From: Octopus sinensis
Lineage: Eukaryota
NCBI RefSeq assembly: GCF_006345805.1
Contig: NW_021836996.1
Span: forward strand, 1-22,017
Length of the DNA: 22,017 nucleotides
Reading direction: 5' to 3'
Part shown: positions 1 to 10,182 of the stretch, piece after piece
Numbering within the stretch: the first letter of the stretch is position 1
How the letters are laid out: every line of letters begins with the position of its first letter
Position numbers and translations under genes: made by a program
The notes under the pieces: generated by a model
Seen by the model: the letters and a program-made list of their open reading frames with translations, nothing else
Database searches by the model: none
What the model was told of the DNA's origin: nothing

Positions 1-18
1 ACATATACATACACACAT

Positions 19-304
19 ACTTTGATACTTTGATACTTTGATAGGTTTCGGCCAGGCCATGTCTAACTTAATAGCACCACCTGGTGAAGTCTTTCAAGTC
101 AGAATTTGGGCACTATGGCCCACTCAAGTAGAGAGTTATTGTTTACAGAGACATATCCGGGTGTAGGGGGTTTATCCGGGATTTCTTGAAGGAATCTGTC
201 CAAAGACTTCTTGAACCCTATAGGGTCTGTTTCTGTTTTAATGTGTTTTGGTGTAATGTTAAAGAGAGCGGGGCCAATTGAGGAGAGAGCGGGGCCAATT
301 GAGG
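19..304 (-). mobile_element. 5'-truncated non-LTR retrotransposon (CR1/L2-group LINE) 3' end: ORF2 C-terminus, short 3'UTR, (TATCAAAG)n tail
   Basis: ORF 99-308 reads GPALFN..PKHIK...FKKSLDRFLQEIPDKP...NNSL, a typical LINE ORF2 C-terminus. It is followed on the minus strand by GGTGGTGC...CATGGCCTGGCCGAAAC and three 8-nt tail repeats. Confidence 0.8.
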
Positions 305-336
305 CCATACATACTTAAATCTATTTGTATTTATAC

Positions 337-337
<1 letters not shown>

Positions 338-420
<83 letters not shown>

Positions 421-577
421 ATGAATGTGTGTGTGTGTGTGTGTGTATGTATGGGTAAGTATGTAGTACACGTCGCCGCAGCTGACTCACGTTATTTGCA
501 TAAATGTTATATGAGACAAGCATAGATTACATGTGCGAATATTTGTAAATGCGCACGCGTGTGTTTATGTATGTATG

Positions 578-626
<49 letters not shown>

Positions 627-735
627 ATGTATATGTTCGCTTCGTCTCTTTTCACTTTTCCTGATACCCATACACACACTCACACACAAATACACAGACA
701 GCCATCCATACACACACGCATACTCACACACGCAC
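338..735. repeat. (CA)n/(TA)n/(TG)n/(TATG)n microsatellite cluster
   Basis: Directly visible simple repeats; they explain ORFs 218-523, 325-525, 507-737 and 549-890. Confidence 0.95.
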
Positions 736-1421
736 ACAAAAATATGTTGTCTCTAATCGCTGTACAATCGAACGTGTCCTCCGACGTGTCCCGTGAAGCA
801 GGTAAAATGACATTGATCTCGATTTCATTTCGAAACCTATCTCCAAACACAACCTATTTAACAAGTCATATTATATACTCTTTCGACTGAAAGAGCGGGA
901 GTCGGCCTCAAGTTAAGGTGTCTTCCCTCTGCTGTCAGCCACGCAGACGGCAGTCTATAAAACAGCGCTAGTGTAACAATATTGTAATAATGCATGTCTT
1001 TCACGCACAGATGGTAACGCTTCTAATAGCGGTGGGTGGCTCCCTATGATAACAATCCGCACAAAAGGTCAAGTTAATCGAGTGGGCGGGTTTATAGTGT
1101 TCTGTTTCGGCTGTGGGTACCACGTACTGTCTCATAATCTCATATAATCCAATCTGCCAGCCTACCAGTTTACTACCCCGCCTTCCTGGTGAAGTGGGGT
1201 GGCCGTTTGTTTAGTTATTGTTGTTCGTTTTTCTAGTCGAGTTATTACTGTTTATGATTTTGTTGAGTTGTTGAGATTGATAAAGAAAAAACATAAACAA
1301 AACGATCACTTATTTTTTATGGATGTGCATGAGGTTTGATATTCATTAAGAATTTTTCAGCCATAATCAAAATAACAAATAGATTCATCAAAGACAAAAT
1401 AAATAAATATATATATTTATA

Positions 1422-1803
1422 GGCGCAGGAGTGGCTGTGTGGTAAGTAGCTTGCTTACCAACCACATGGTTCCGGGTTCAGTCCCACTGCGTGGCACCTT
1501 GGGCAAGTGCCTTCTACTATAGCCTCGGGCCGCCCAAAGCCTTGTGAGTGGATTTGGTAGACAGAAACTGAAAGAAGCCCGTCTTTGTGTGTGTGGTGTG
1601 TGTGTGTATGTTTGTGCGTCTGTGTTTGTCCCACCAACATCGCTTGACAACCGATGCTGGTGTGTTTACGTCCCCATAACTTAGCGGTTCGGCAAGAGAG
1701 ACCGATAGAATAAGTACTAGGCTTAGTCCCGGGGGCGATTTGATCGACTAAAGGCGGTGCTCCAGCATGGCCACAGTCAAATGACTGAAACAAATAAAAG
1801 AAT
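1422..1803 (+). mobile_element. tRNA-derived SINE, family A, near full length
   Basis: Head GGCGCAGGAGTGGCTGTGTGGTAAG with B-box-like GGTTCAGTCCC, CCTTGGGCAAGTG core, internal (TG)n, and 3' end GGTGCTCCAGCATGGCCACAGTCAAATGACTGAAAC. Further copies at 11091, 13025/13257 and 18133. Confidence 0.92.
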
Positions 1804-2040
1804 ACGCTAGATTCGCTTAGGAAAATAGAAAATTCTATAATGATTTCTCTGTATTAGAGAATGCTATATAAATACATCCGAACAAAATTGCTTTTATTTA
1901 CATCGTCTTTTTTTTTTCTCGTAAACTTATGACGTGTGGATTTATTTTGATGTACCAAGACTGTGGATATCATAAGGCCCTACAATGAATTCTGTCCTTT
2001 AGACAGGACCATATCATACGTCGGAACAAAATTGTGTTCA

Positions 2041-2413
2041 TTATTACCTCCTCCTGAGCGAAGACGGAGGTATTGTTTTCAGTCGCGTTTGTTTGATTGT
2101 TCGTGAACAAGATATCTCAAGAACCGCTGGATGGATTCGGATGAAACTTTCAGGGATGTTTGGCCTCATGACTGGCACGAACTGATTAGATTCTGGGATT
2201 AATCCGGTACCGGACAAGGATTCTGGATTATTTTTTCGTTTTTTTTTTTTACTTAATTTTTGAGAGCGATCTTGTTCATTTTTAATATTCTCGTTTGTAA
2301 GAGCAGTCGAGTTTAATTCAGATATTCTCATTTAAAAAATAATCTCTGGCTAATCATTGAGAGGATGCTGGTGTTGCCTTGGCGGAGGTTTGCGCTCTCT
2401 GAGTGCACTTGTT
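2041..2413 (+). mobile_element. Non-autonomous Helentron/DINE-1-like element (HINE)
   Basis: 5' TTATTACCTCCTCC...GACGGAGGT short inverted repeat, 3' subterminal GGCGGAGGT followed by stem-loop GCGCTC-TCT-GAGTGC, T-rich flanks. An inverted second copy lies at 16343-16677. Confidence 0.75.
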
Positions 2414-2559
2414 TATATTGCTTTTCTTATAAATTTTCAAATAGTGAATATAGTTTGATCTGTTATGAGTTAAGATTATGAATACGATCGGTTAGATTTA
2501 TGACGATTTTAAAACGATGCAAATAGAAGAGAATTTACAATTGAAGACATGTTAAACTA

Positions 2560-2980
2560 ATAGAATGTAGGAAATGTAAGCCCGGTTGTGTTAGACAAAA
2601 ATAAAGGTAAGTTGGGTCATTCGTTTTGCTAGACCAAAAGGAATGGAGAAAAGTTATGTTCCACGGCTGAGTTAGAACGAAAGGAAAGCAGAAATGTTGC
2701 GTCCACGACTGTTTGGATGGAAAGAATGGAAGAAGGAAGGTGGAAAGTTGAGTCTTTGACAGTATTAGATCAGAAGATTTGGAGAAAAGTTGATTCTATG
2801 TCTGAATTAAACCGAAAGAAATGGAGGAAAGTAGGAACTATGGCTGTGTTAAATCGAAGAAAAGGAGAGAGAAGCTGTATTAGACTAAAAGGAATAGAAA
2901 GCCCCACCACCAAAAAAAAAAAAAACTAAAAAAACTTGGATCTATAGCTGTGTTGGACCAAAAAGAAATGGAAGAAAACT
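2560..2980 (+). repeat. Degenerate ~42-bp purine-rich minisatellite
   Basis: Recurring unit of about TGGAGAAAAGTTGGNTCTATGGCTGTGTTAGACCAAAAGAAA. The best-preserved neighbours are 42 bp apart (WRKVDSMSELNRKK / WRKVGTMAVLNRRK in ORF 2717-2929). Confidence 0.7.
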
Positions 2981-3232
2981 GGTTACTTAAAGATTTTTGT
3001 CAAACTGAAATGCATAAAGGGAGGTTTTAGTTGTAAACGTCATAGAGAGAAATGGATGAATGAGACTAATGAGAATGGCAACCTAAAACTAACACAAAGG
3101 AACAAAAGTTAGCTAAATATAACAAAAAGGAAAAGAATATGGAAGCTGTAAATTAGGTTGAATATATATATATATATATATATATAAACAATAATAAATC
3201 TCTGAACGAGATATAAACAGTAACCGCTCGAC

Positions 3233-3489
3233 AACGTAAGGGGTATCAGCCATCTGAATGTGGCTAGCCACTGGGGGGGGGGGTTACTGATGCTTTTAGC
3301 CCCAGGCGATCAACGTCACCAGAAGGACTTTAGACACTATCTCAGTGTCCTCCCTTTGCAATAACACAAGGACACTGAGATAGTGTCTAAAGTCTTCTGG
3401 TGGACGTTAATCGCCTGGGCTAAAAGCATCAGTAACACCCACCCACCCCAGTGGCTAGCCACATTCAGATGGCTGATACCCCTTACGTT
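3233..3489. mobile_element. Near-perfect palindrome/foldback MITE (arms 3233-3351 and 3369-3489, 17-nt spacer)
   Basis: AACGTAAGGGGTATCAGCCATCTGAATGTGGCTAGCCACTGGGG... is the reverse complement of ...CCCCAGTGGCTAGCCACATTCAGATGGCTGATACCCCTTACGTT; only a few indels. Confidence 0.85.
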
Positions 3490-4053
3490 ATATATATATA
3501 TATATATATATATAATAATATATATATATATATCAAATACAAAATGGGACAAGAACGCAAAACATCCGGACAACTAGGCGATACAAAAAGGGACAACAAA
3601 ACATCCAGATAGACGATACAAAAACACAAGAACGGGTCATTACACAAACATGCATACATGCATGCATGTATGCATACATACATAACTACATACATACATA
3701 CCTACATACATACATACATACATACATACATGCACACATATAATTATGAACAAGGTGAGCTGCATTAAATTAAAATGGCCGTTGACTTGTCAAAGCCGTA
3801 CTCTCAATTGTCACATGCCTAAGCACAATTCGCGCTTCACTACAAAGGAAACAACGAATAAAACATTCATTTGAATTGCAGAACCTTGCTGAGTCGCAGA
3901 AAAAAAATCGGTGAACGTAATAGAAATAGCATTAAATTTAAATCTCCACCTGTGTATCATCCTAAAATATATACACAATACCAGAAGGCATATATTGCGT
4001 TTTTAACATAATTATATGCCTTCATAGATAAGTACACACACACAACACACACA

Positions 4054-4084
<31 letters not shown>

Positions 4085-4133
4085 CATTATTCAGTGTGGT
4101 TTACAATCATGAACAAAAAGCACAAAATCTTAC

Positions 4134-4446
4134 CGTGGCTGAGGTCACCAATCCTGAGACCAGAGAGTGCATGTCCTGGATACTTCTCGTTCATTTTGCA
4201 TTTGGCGTAACCATACAACACCATATCCACCTCTTCTAGGGTAAATGTGAAGCCGACAAACGGCATGGTCGGTGGTGGGGGAGGAGGCGGAAGCGGTGGC
4301 CGTGGCGGCGGTGCATAACGAAGCGGCATCACGGGCGGCGACGTTATAGATGTGGCCGGCGAGGCTTGTGTCGCTGTGACGGCTGGAGCCACTGTTGGAC
4401 TGATACCCATACACATCTGGTTGGTCGACAGACGCAGACGGTCCAT
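4134..4446 (-). CDS. PRDM14: Coding exon of a PRDM14-like PR/SET zinc-finger transcription factor (N-terminal Pro-rich region plus pre-SET motif); remaining exons not identified in this window
   Basis: GC-rich non-repetitive ORF. Acceptor ttctgtatatcttcttgtAG|CTTTCCCATG (exon starts 4453) and donor CACG|GTAAGA (exon ends 4134, phase 1). FTFTLEEVDMVLYG-x12-HALSGL resembles vertebrate PRDM14 FTEEDLHFVLYG...HAISGL (recalled, not searched). The ATG at 4446 may be the start or an internal Met. Confidence 0.7.
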
Positions 4447-4961
4447 GGGAAAGCTACAAGAAGATATACAGAAAAAATGTTTGAAACGTTTGGGACAAAT
4501 GTTGAGGATTAACTGGAATGGGAGGAAAAAAAAAGAAGAAAGGAATTACTGAGGAGAGTGCTTTCTCAGTTACTATTAAGCAAAATGTTTTGTACGCAAT
4601 ATAGAGAATAGGATAAACAAGAAATGGATGTGCTATGATGCGTATGTTTAAGTTGTTTTTTGGAAAGAGCAAACAAGTGAATCAGAGACTGCTGTCTTCT
4701 TCTTCCAATCAGGTTTCACGCCATTAGCCACAAAGAATAATCTCTAATTCGAGCCTACTCTAAGCTACTAAGAATGCGTGTGGCAACTTGAAGATCCACT
4801 CACCACACGCGATAGACTGGCGGTTGCACGGGCGCGAAAGCTACGTTGTTATCCTCATTCCGTAAACAGTGGCTTTTAACGGGTGGAGAGCTGAACCATC
4901 ATGGGGTACAGAGGATCCGCAATCTAGACTAGGATCTGAAGGTTTACCACACCGTAGTGGG

Positions 4962-5177
4962 TTACGCCATGGTTCCTCTGCTTTGTGGCAGAAGTAGGAA
5001 GAAAGAGTGAAAGTTGTGGTGAAAGAGTACAGCGGGGTTCATCCCCGCCCGCCGGAGCCTGATGGAGCTTAGGTGGTTTTGCTCCATAAACACTCACAAT
5101 GTCCTGTCTGGGAATCGAAACCGCGTTCTTACGACCGCGAGTCCGCTGCCCTAACCACTGGGCCATTGCGCCTACAC
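4962..5177 (-). mobile_element. tRNA-derived SINE, family B, partial
   Basis: Minus-strand head GGCGCAATGGCCCAGTGGTTAGGGCAGCGGACTCGCGGTC...GGTTTCGATTCCC (A/B boxes); homologous to 9793-10108 and 20203-20310. Confidence 0.88.
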
Positions 5178-5567
5178 GAGACTGCTGTTGTAGTAAAAGG
5201 TTCAACAAAAAGAGGAACAGAAGACGTTAGTGTCAAGGATATTAGGGGACTATTTGAAATGAATAATTTATTCATAAGGGTACATAATTTCATCACTGAT
5301 AAAAAAAAAAACGTACAGAAATGTTTAAGGAGATAAAGAGTTTATAGCTATACTATTGTACGGAATACATCGATAGACTTTTAGCTAAAACTTTATATGT
5401 AGATAAGAGACCCTTTCTTTATATATTAAATCTCCGCGAAAACGAACGGCCATAGCTCTAATTTCAATCTTGATTTTAAACGAATTATTGATTATACTTC
5501 GGTCTCTCTATTGCCAAAAGTTTGTTAAGTTCCTCATTTTTTTCTCTCAATATTGTTTAGAATTTGA

Positions 5568-5757
5568 AGGCGGCGAGCTGGAAGAATCGTTGGCACGCCG
5601 GACAAAATGCTTAGCGGCATTTCGTCTCTCTTTACGTTCTGAGTTCAAATTCCGCCGAGACCGACTTTGCTTTTCTTACAGCTGAGCACTGGAGTCGATG
5701 TAATCGACTTATCCACTCCCCCGTACTGCTGGTTTTGTGCAAAAATTTGAAAGCAAC
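5568..5757 (+). mobile_element. tRNA-derived SINE, family C, probably internally deleted
   Basis: GGCGGCGAGCTGG A-box-like start, GAGTTCAAATTCCGCC B-box, hairpin GTCGATGTAATCGAC near the 3' end. A related 3' fragment seems present inverted at about 13199-13253. Confidence 0.75.
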
Positions 5758-6050
5758 ATTGTTTAAGATTTCATTACTGTATTAATCCGATGTTAATTCT
5801 GCAGAATTTATTAACGTGTATTTAGGGTTAGAGTCAAGAACTCCAAATGGTCTTTAAGTGTGACCATTTGCTTCGCGTTGAACTAAATATTTTAATCTTT
5901 GATCTGATGTGAGTTTATGAGCTATACTTTTTTTTTTTCAATGTTTCAACGTCTCATGTTACCTGTGATCTCGTATTACACTCACGTCAACTATAATAGC
6001 GAAGTGTCATTTGTAATCTGGTGAAATCTTGGGTTCCAGAATATATATAT

Positions 6051-6214
6051 CAGTGGTTCCTAATCGTTTCACGACTAAGGACCCTTTTCTTCAAATGAGT
6101 TTTTCCACGAACACCTTTCAATATGCATATCCTTATGTGTATTTATAGGAAATTTCCAATTTAGTTCACGGACCCCCAGTACTATCTTTGCGGACCACAA
6201 GTTGGGAACCAAAT
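6051..6214. mobile_element. hAT/Charlie-like MITE remnant
   Basis: Left end CAGTGGTTCCTAA, right end GTTGGGAACCA (imperfect TIR), with GGACCC/GGACCA subterminal motifs. Confidence 0.6.
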
Positions 6215-6824
6215 ATATATAAATTATATATATATTATTATTATATATATATATAAATAATTGGGGGATGCATGGTGTGTATATGCATATGCATGTATGG
6301 ATGTATGTATTTATACATACACATCTATATACATATATATGTGTGTGTGTGTATCTATTTATGTATGTATGCACCTCCTCAAAAAAATAAGAGAAATAAA
6401 AAGAAAAAATTCCATTAACCATAACAATATGAACGTCAATAAAAATATCAATAAAAAATATAAAAGAAATAAAAACAACTCCACCGCAACCGCAACTACT
6501 AACACACCACCACCACTACTACCACGACCACCATCACCATTACCATTACCATCGCCATTTCCACCACCGCCAATAACAGCCTATATCGTTATTTGCAAAT
6601 TGACTTGCAGGAGTTTATATCTATCGGACGTAAAAAAACATCGACCTGGCTCTTTCGGCTCACTTGATAACGGTGTTTTAATTGGTACGTAACGGGAAAG
6701 CGTCGTCTGCCGGCGGACAGAGGCTCCCACTTGCAGTTTGTATATCGTCTGTTTTTGCAAAATTGACGGACCAGTTGTATTGTTATGGAAACAGCTCGAA
6801 GTAAGAGAGTGAGGGGAAGAAAGA

Positions 6825-6881
6825 GATAGGTAGACAGACAGACAGGCAGAGAGACAGCTAAATAGATAGCTAGCTAGCTAC

Positions 6882-6931
<50 letters not shown>

Positions 6932-6960
6932 GATAGATAGATAGATAGATAGATAGATAG
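6825..6960. repeat. (GATA)n/(GACA)n microsatellite
   Basis: Direct tetranucleotide repeats. Confidence 0.95.
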
Positions 6961-7090
6961 TGGGAGAGAGAAAGAGAATGTGTGTTTGCAAAAGAACGGG
7001 AAAGAAAGCGGGGAGGAAGAAAATGGGGGAGAGATGATGAGATAGGATGTTTGAGAAGACCCAACTTCCGCTGGCATAACACTGCTTTAC

Positions 7091-7168
7091 CTTGCTCTAA
7101 ACCTAACCTCGCTACTTGATTCTTTGTATTTTACACAGATGGCAAGGACTACATGCTACTTCAAGAGA
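7091..7168 (-). other. Candidate non-coding (5'UTR) exon of the PRDM14-like gene
   Basis: Minus strand actgtttccAG|TCTCTT ... GAGCAAG|GTAAAG; 78-nt unique island between microsatellites, same strand as and upstream of the coding exon. Confidence 0.3.
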
Positions 7169-7454
7169 CTGGAAACAGTACACACACACACACACACACA
7201 CACACAAATAAACAAACGCACACGCTCATACATGTATGTATATGGATGTGTTGGTGTATGTGTTGGAAAACATGTCGGGAGAGGACAGATTATGTTAGAG
7301 CTTTAAAAACTGTAGAAGGGAAGGTTCAGTGAAGAGAGGCAGTAAAAAGATGGAGTCGTGGACAACTGTGTTTGTGTTTTGTGTGTGAGAAGGGGAGGGG
7401 GAGAGAAAGAAAGAGAGAAAGAATAAAACGTGTAAATGTTGAGGACATAGAAGG

Positions 7455-7525
7455 CGAAGAAGAAGAAGAAGGAGGAGGAGGAGGAGGAGAAGGAGGAGGA
7501 GAAGGAGAAAAAGAAGGAGGAGGAA

Positions 7526-7557
<32 letters not shown>

Positions 7558-7592
7558 TAATAATAATAAGATGGAGAAGAAGAAGAAGAAGA
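7455..7592. repeat. Compound (GAA)n(GGA)n(TAA)n trinucleotide microsatellite
   Basis: Direct repeats; explains poly-Leu/Ile ORF 7295-7747. Confidence 0.95.
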
Positions 7593-8398
7593 TAGAAGGG
7601 GAAGAAGTGAAACAAGGCGAAGGATGAGAGTTGCAGAAAGAGGAAGAGGAAATGTCCTTTGTATTGCAAAAGATTTTGGAATAGAATAGTCGGGAGTAAA
7701 AAAAGAAACAATAAAACAGCTAAGCTCAGCATGGAGTACGATAACAAAAAAGTTTGGCTGTATAATATTTATAGATACCGAATGTCATGGAAATAAAAAT
7801 ACAAAAATAAAACAGGTAGGTCTATCATACCGGTCATCTTTTGATCGTTATAGCGTAATTGAGAGATGTGTACCAGAAATCGGATATCAGACGTTTTGGT
7901 ACAGCCGTTTTGGCGTTGATGATTCGACGCTGACTTATTTGACAGAAGACGTTTTAATGTTTCTCTCGTTTTCTCCCCCACTCTGTTTTCCTCTCTCTCT
8001 TTCCCCCTTCCCCCTCTCTCTCTCTCTTCATGTTTATTTGTATGAGCATCTAGTTAATTTTGTATGTAAGTATAGTGTCTCTCTCCCATTCTCTCTCCCA
8101 CTTTCTCTAGCTGTATGTATATATTTCTGCGCGTTTGTCTCCAGCGTCAAAAAAAAAAAAAAAAAGAAGCATGTTCGCCAAAATAGGTTTAATGTCCAGT
8201 CAATTGTACCGAATCGTCAGCGTTCCAAAGAGCTGCATCCAATCGTCTCATTTCTTATAATTAGGTGTATAATCTACCGTAAAAGGCATCAAGAAGTATT
8301 GTGCGCACTTTCACTGAAACATACTCTGGGGAAACAGATCGAAGTATTGGTAAAAGATCCAGTAAACAACTTTAGCACAAAGGAACCTACATTATATA

Positions 8399-8796
8399 TC
8401 TTTATATATAAAAGTGAAGTTGTGTGTCTGTCTCCTACAATTTAGATTCTTAACTACTCCCACATTTTGCGGTGCAGTTTTAACCAAAACCGGTATCTTA
8501 TAGTCGTGATCATATCGAGCCCTTCTGGGTATTAGCGCGCGTCTACGATGAGTCTACGATTAAAAAAAAAAATTACTATAATTTTTTTTCCATTTTAATG
8601 CATTTTTTCGCTATTATATAAGGGAAGTAACACTCTAAAAATGTCTACGATGAGTCCACGATTAAAAAAAAAATTTACCATCATTTTTTTCCCATTTTTA
8701 ATGCATCTTTTTGCTATCTTTTGGCTATAACTCTCTAAAAATGCTTATATAGATATTTCCCTTACAAACCCGAGCAACGCCGGGCGATACTGCTAG
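8399..8796 (+). mobile_element. Non-autonomous Helitron
   Basis: A|TCTTTATATATAAAAG 5' end, 3' hairpin CCCG-AGCAACGC-CGGG upstream of CTAG|T, no TSD. Termini are shared with 19453-19824. Internal ~102-bp tandem duplication (8541 / 8643). Confidence 0.85.
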
Positions 8797-8804
8797 TCTT
8801 TAAT

Positions 8805-8963
8805 AACAGTTTGATTCTGCTCCACGTAACTTAAAGTTTCGTGGTTGTATAGGACACGTCCATCTCATCAGATGAAGAGATGGACCTGTCCTATATGTCC
8901 TACGTCTCCTAAGTGTCCTACGCATCCACGAAACTTTAAGCCATGTAGAGCTGAAACAAACTG

Positions 8964-8965
<2 letters not shown>
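8805..8965. mobile_element. Small MITE with ~53-bp imperfect TIRs
   Basis: AACAGTTTGATTCTGCTCCACGTAACTTAAAGTTTCGTGGTTGTATAGGACAC matches the reverse complement of the right end (AACAGTTTGTTTCAGCTCTACATGGCTTAAAGTTTCGTGGATGCGTAGGACAC). Confidence 0.75.
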
Positions 8966-9001
<36 letters not shown>

Positions 9002-9176
9002 CTCCCAAACATTCCACAACTGGGTACATGGACTTTGGTAGATTTTTAATTCAAGAGTCGCGACTTATGTGTATACATATATGTGTGTGTGTGTGTGTAT
9101 ATCTATAGCTATATTATGTATATGTGCGTGCGTGTGTGTGTATGTATGTATGTTATGTATGTATGTATGTGTGAAT

Positions 9177-9508
9177 GAAGGGGCATGGCTCAGTGGTTAG
9201 ATCGTCGAGCTTACGATCGTGAGGTTGTGGGCTCGAATCCCGGACCGGGCTGCGTGTTGTGTTCTTGAGCAAGACACTTTATTTCACGTTGCTCCAGTTA
9301 CTTCAGCTGTAGAAATGAGTTGCGACGTCGCAGGTTCCAAGCTGTATCGGCCTTTGACTTTCCCTTGGACAACATTGGTAGCAAGGAGAGGGGTGGCTGC
9401 TATACATGGGCGACTGGTGGTCTTCCATAAACAACCGTGCCCAGACTTGTGCCTGGGAGGGTAACTTTCTAGGTGCAATCCTATGGTCAGTCACGATCGA
9501 GGGGTCTC
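9177..9508 (+). mobile_element. tRNA-derived SINE, family D
   Basis: TGGCTCAGTGG A-box, GGCTCGAATCCC B-box, then TGTGTTCTTGAGCAAGACACTT central core typical of metazoan SINE superfamilies. Confidence 0.8.
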
Positions 9509-9792
9509 AGATGTGTGTGTGCGTGTGCGCGCGTATGCAATGATACTTCTACACATTACAACGATTGTAACGATATGCAAAATGCTGGCAAGATAAATCT
9601 CAAGGTCATTCGCTATGCAAGAGAACAGGAAACTGAGCTACTCTTGTAGAGAACATTTGTCTCAGTCCCCTGGATTACGATTTACAACTATGGTCACGAA
9701 AGAGTGATAAAAATCGCCTGAATACAACAACTAAGCTACTGAGAGAGTCTGAAAGCGTTAGAAATCTTCTTCACGAGGAAAATACGGCAAGA

Positions 9793-10108
9793 TATCACCG
9801 TGATCACCGTGACCGACCAGGCTATCAGATGTTGCTACACATCGCTGGTCACAATGCGCTTCGTTGGTCACAATGCGCTTCAAATGACGCCACCCCGTTG
9901 GCTAAGCGAGCAAGCCAACAGAAGAAAGAGTGAGAGAAAGTTGAATCGAAAGAGTACAGCAGGGATCGGCACCACCCCCTGCCGGAGCCTCGTGGAGTTT
10001 TAGGTGTTTTCGCTCAATAAACACTCACAACGCCTGGTCAGGGAATCGAAACCGCGATCCTAAGACCGCGAGTCCGCTGCCCTAACCACTGGGCCATTGC
10101 GCTTCCAC
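9793..10108 (-). mobile_element. tRNA-derived SINE, family B, near full length
   Basis: Same head as 4962-5177 (GTGGAAGCGCAATGGCCCAGTGGTTAGGGCAGCGGACTCGCGG). Confidence 0.88.
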
Positions 10109-10111
10109 TCG

Positions 10112-10182
10112 GGGAAGATATACAGCGACGGGAAGATATACAGCGACGGGAAGATATACAGCGACGGGAAGATATACAGCGA
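10112..10182 (+). repeat. 18-bp tandem repeat x4 (GGGAAGATATACAGCGAC)
   Basis: Four head-to-tail copies; only the last base of copy 4 differs. Confidence 0.95.

Noticed and set aside
3540-3640. Short imperfect duplication GGGACAA..CAAAACATCC.GA...CGATACAAAAA
   Set aside because: A real but small repeat fragment that cannot be assigned to a family from sequence alone.
4087-4133. C-terminal part of ORF 4087-4446 (KILCFLFMIVNHTE)
   Set aside because: It lies past the GTAAGA donor; intronic read-through.
6480-6575. Pro-rich stretch in ORF 6261-6692
   Set aside because: Degenerate (CCA)n microsatellite.
8825-8878. Minus-strand CTGATGA...GAAAC hammerhead-like spacing
   Set aside because: Stem I does not pair and stem II is poor; explained by MITE TIR sequence.
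9177-9250. Functional tRNA genes at SINE heads (also 1422, 5100, 10030, 18628, 20240)
   Set aside because: A/B boxes are present but there is no proper acceptor stem or terminator, and they run into repeated SINE bodies.
10112-10182. CRISPR-like repeat array
   Set aside because: Units are contiguous with no spacers, there are no cas genes, and the context is eukaryotic.
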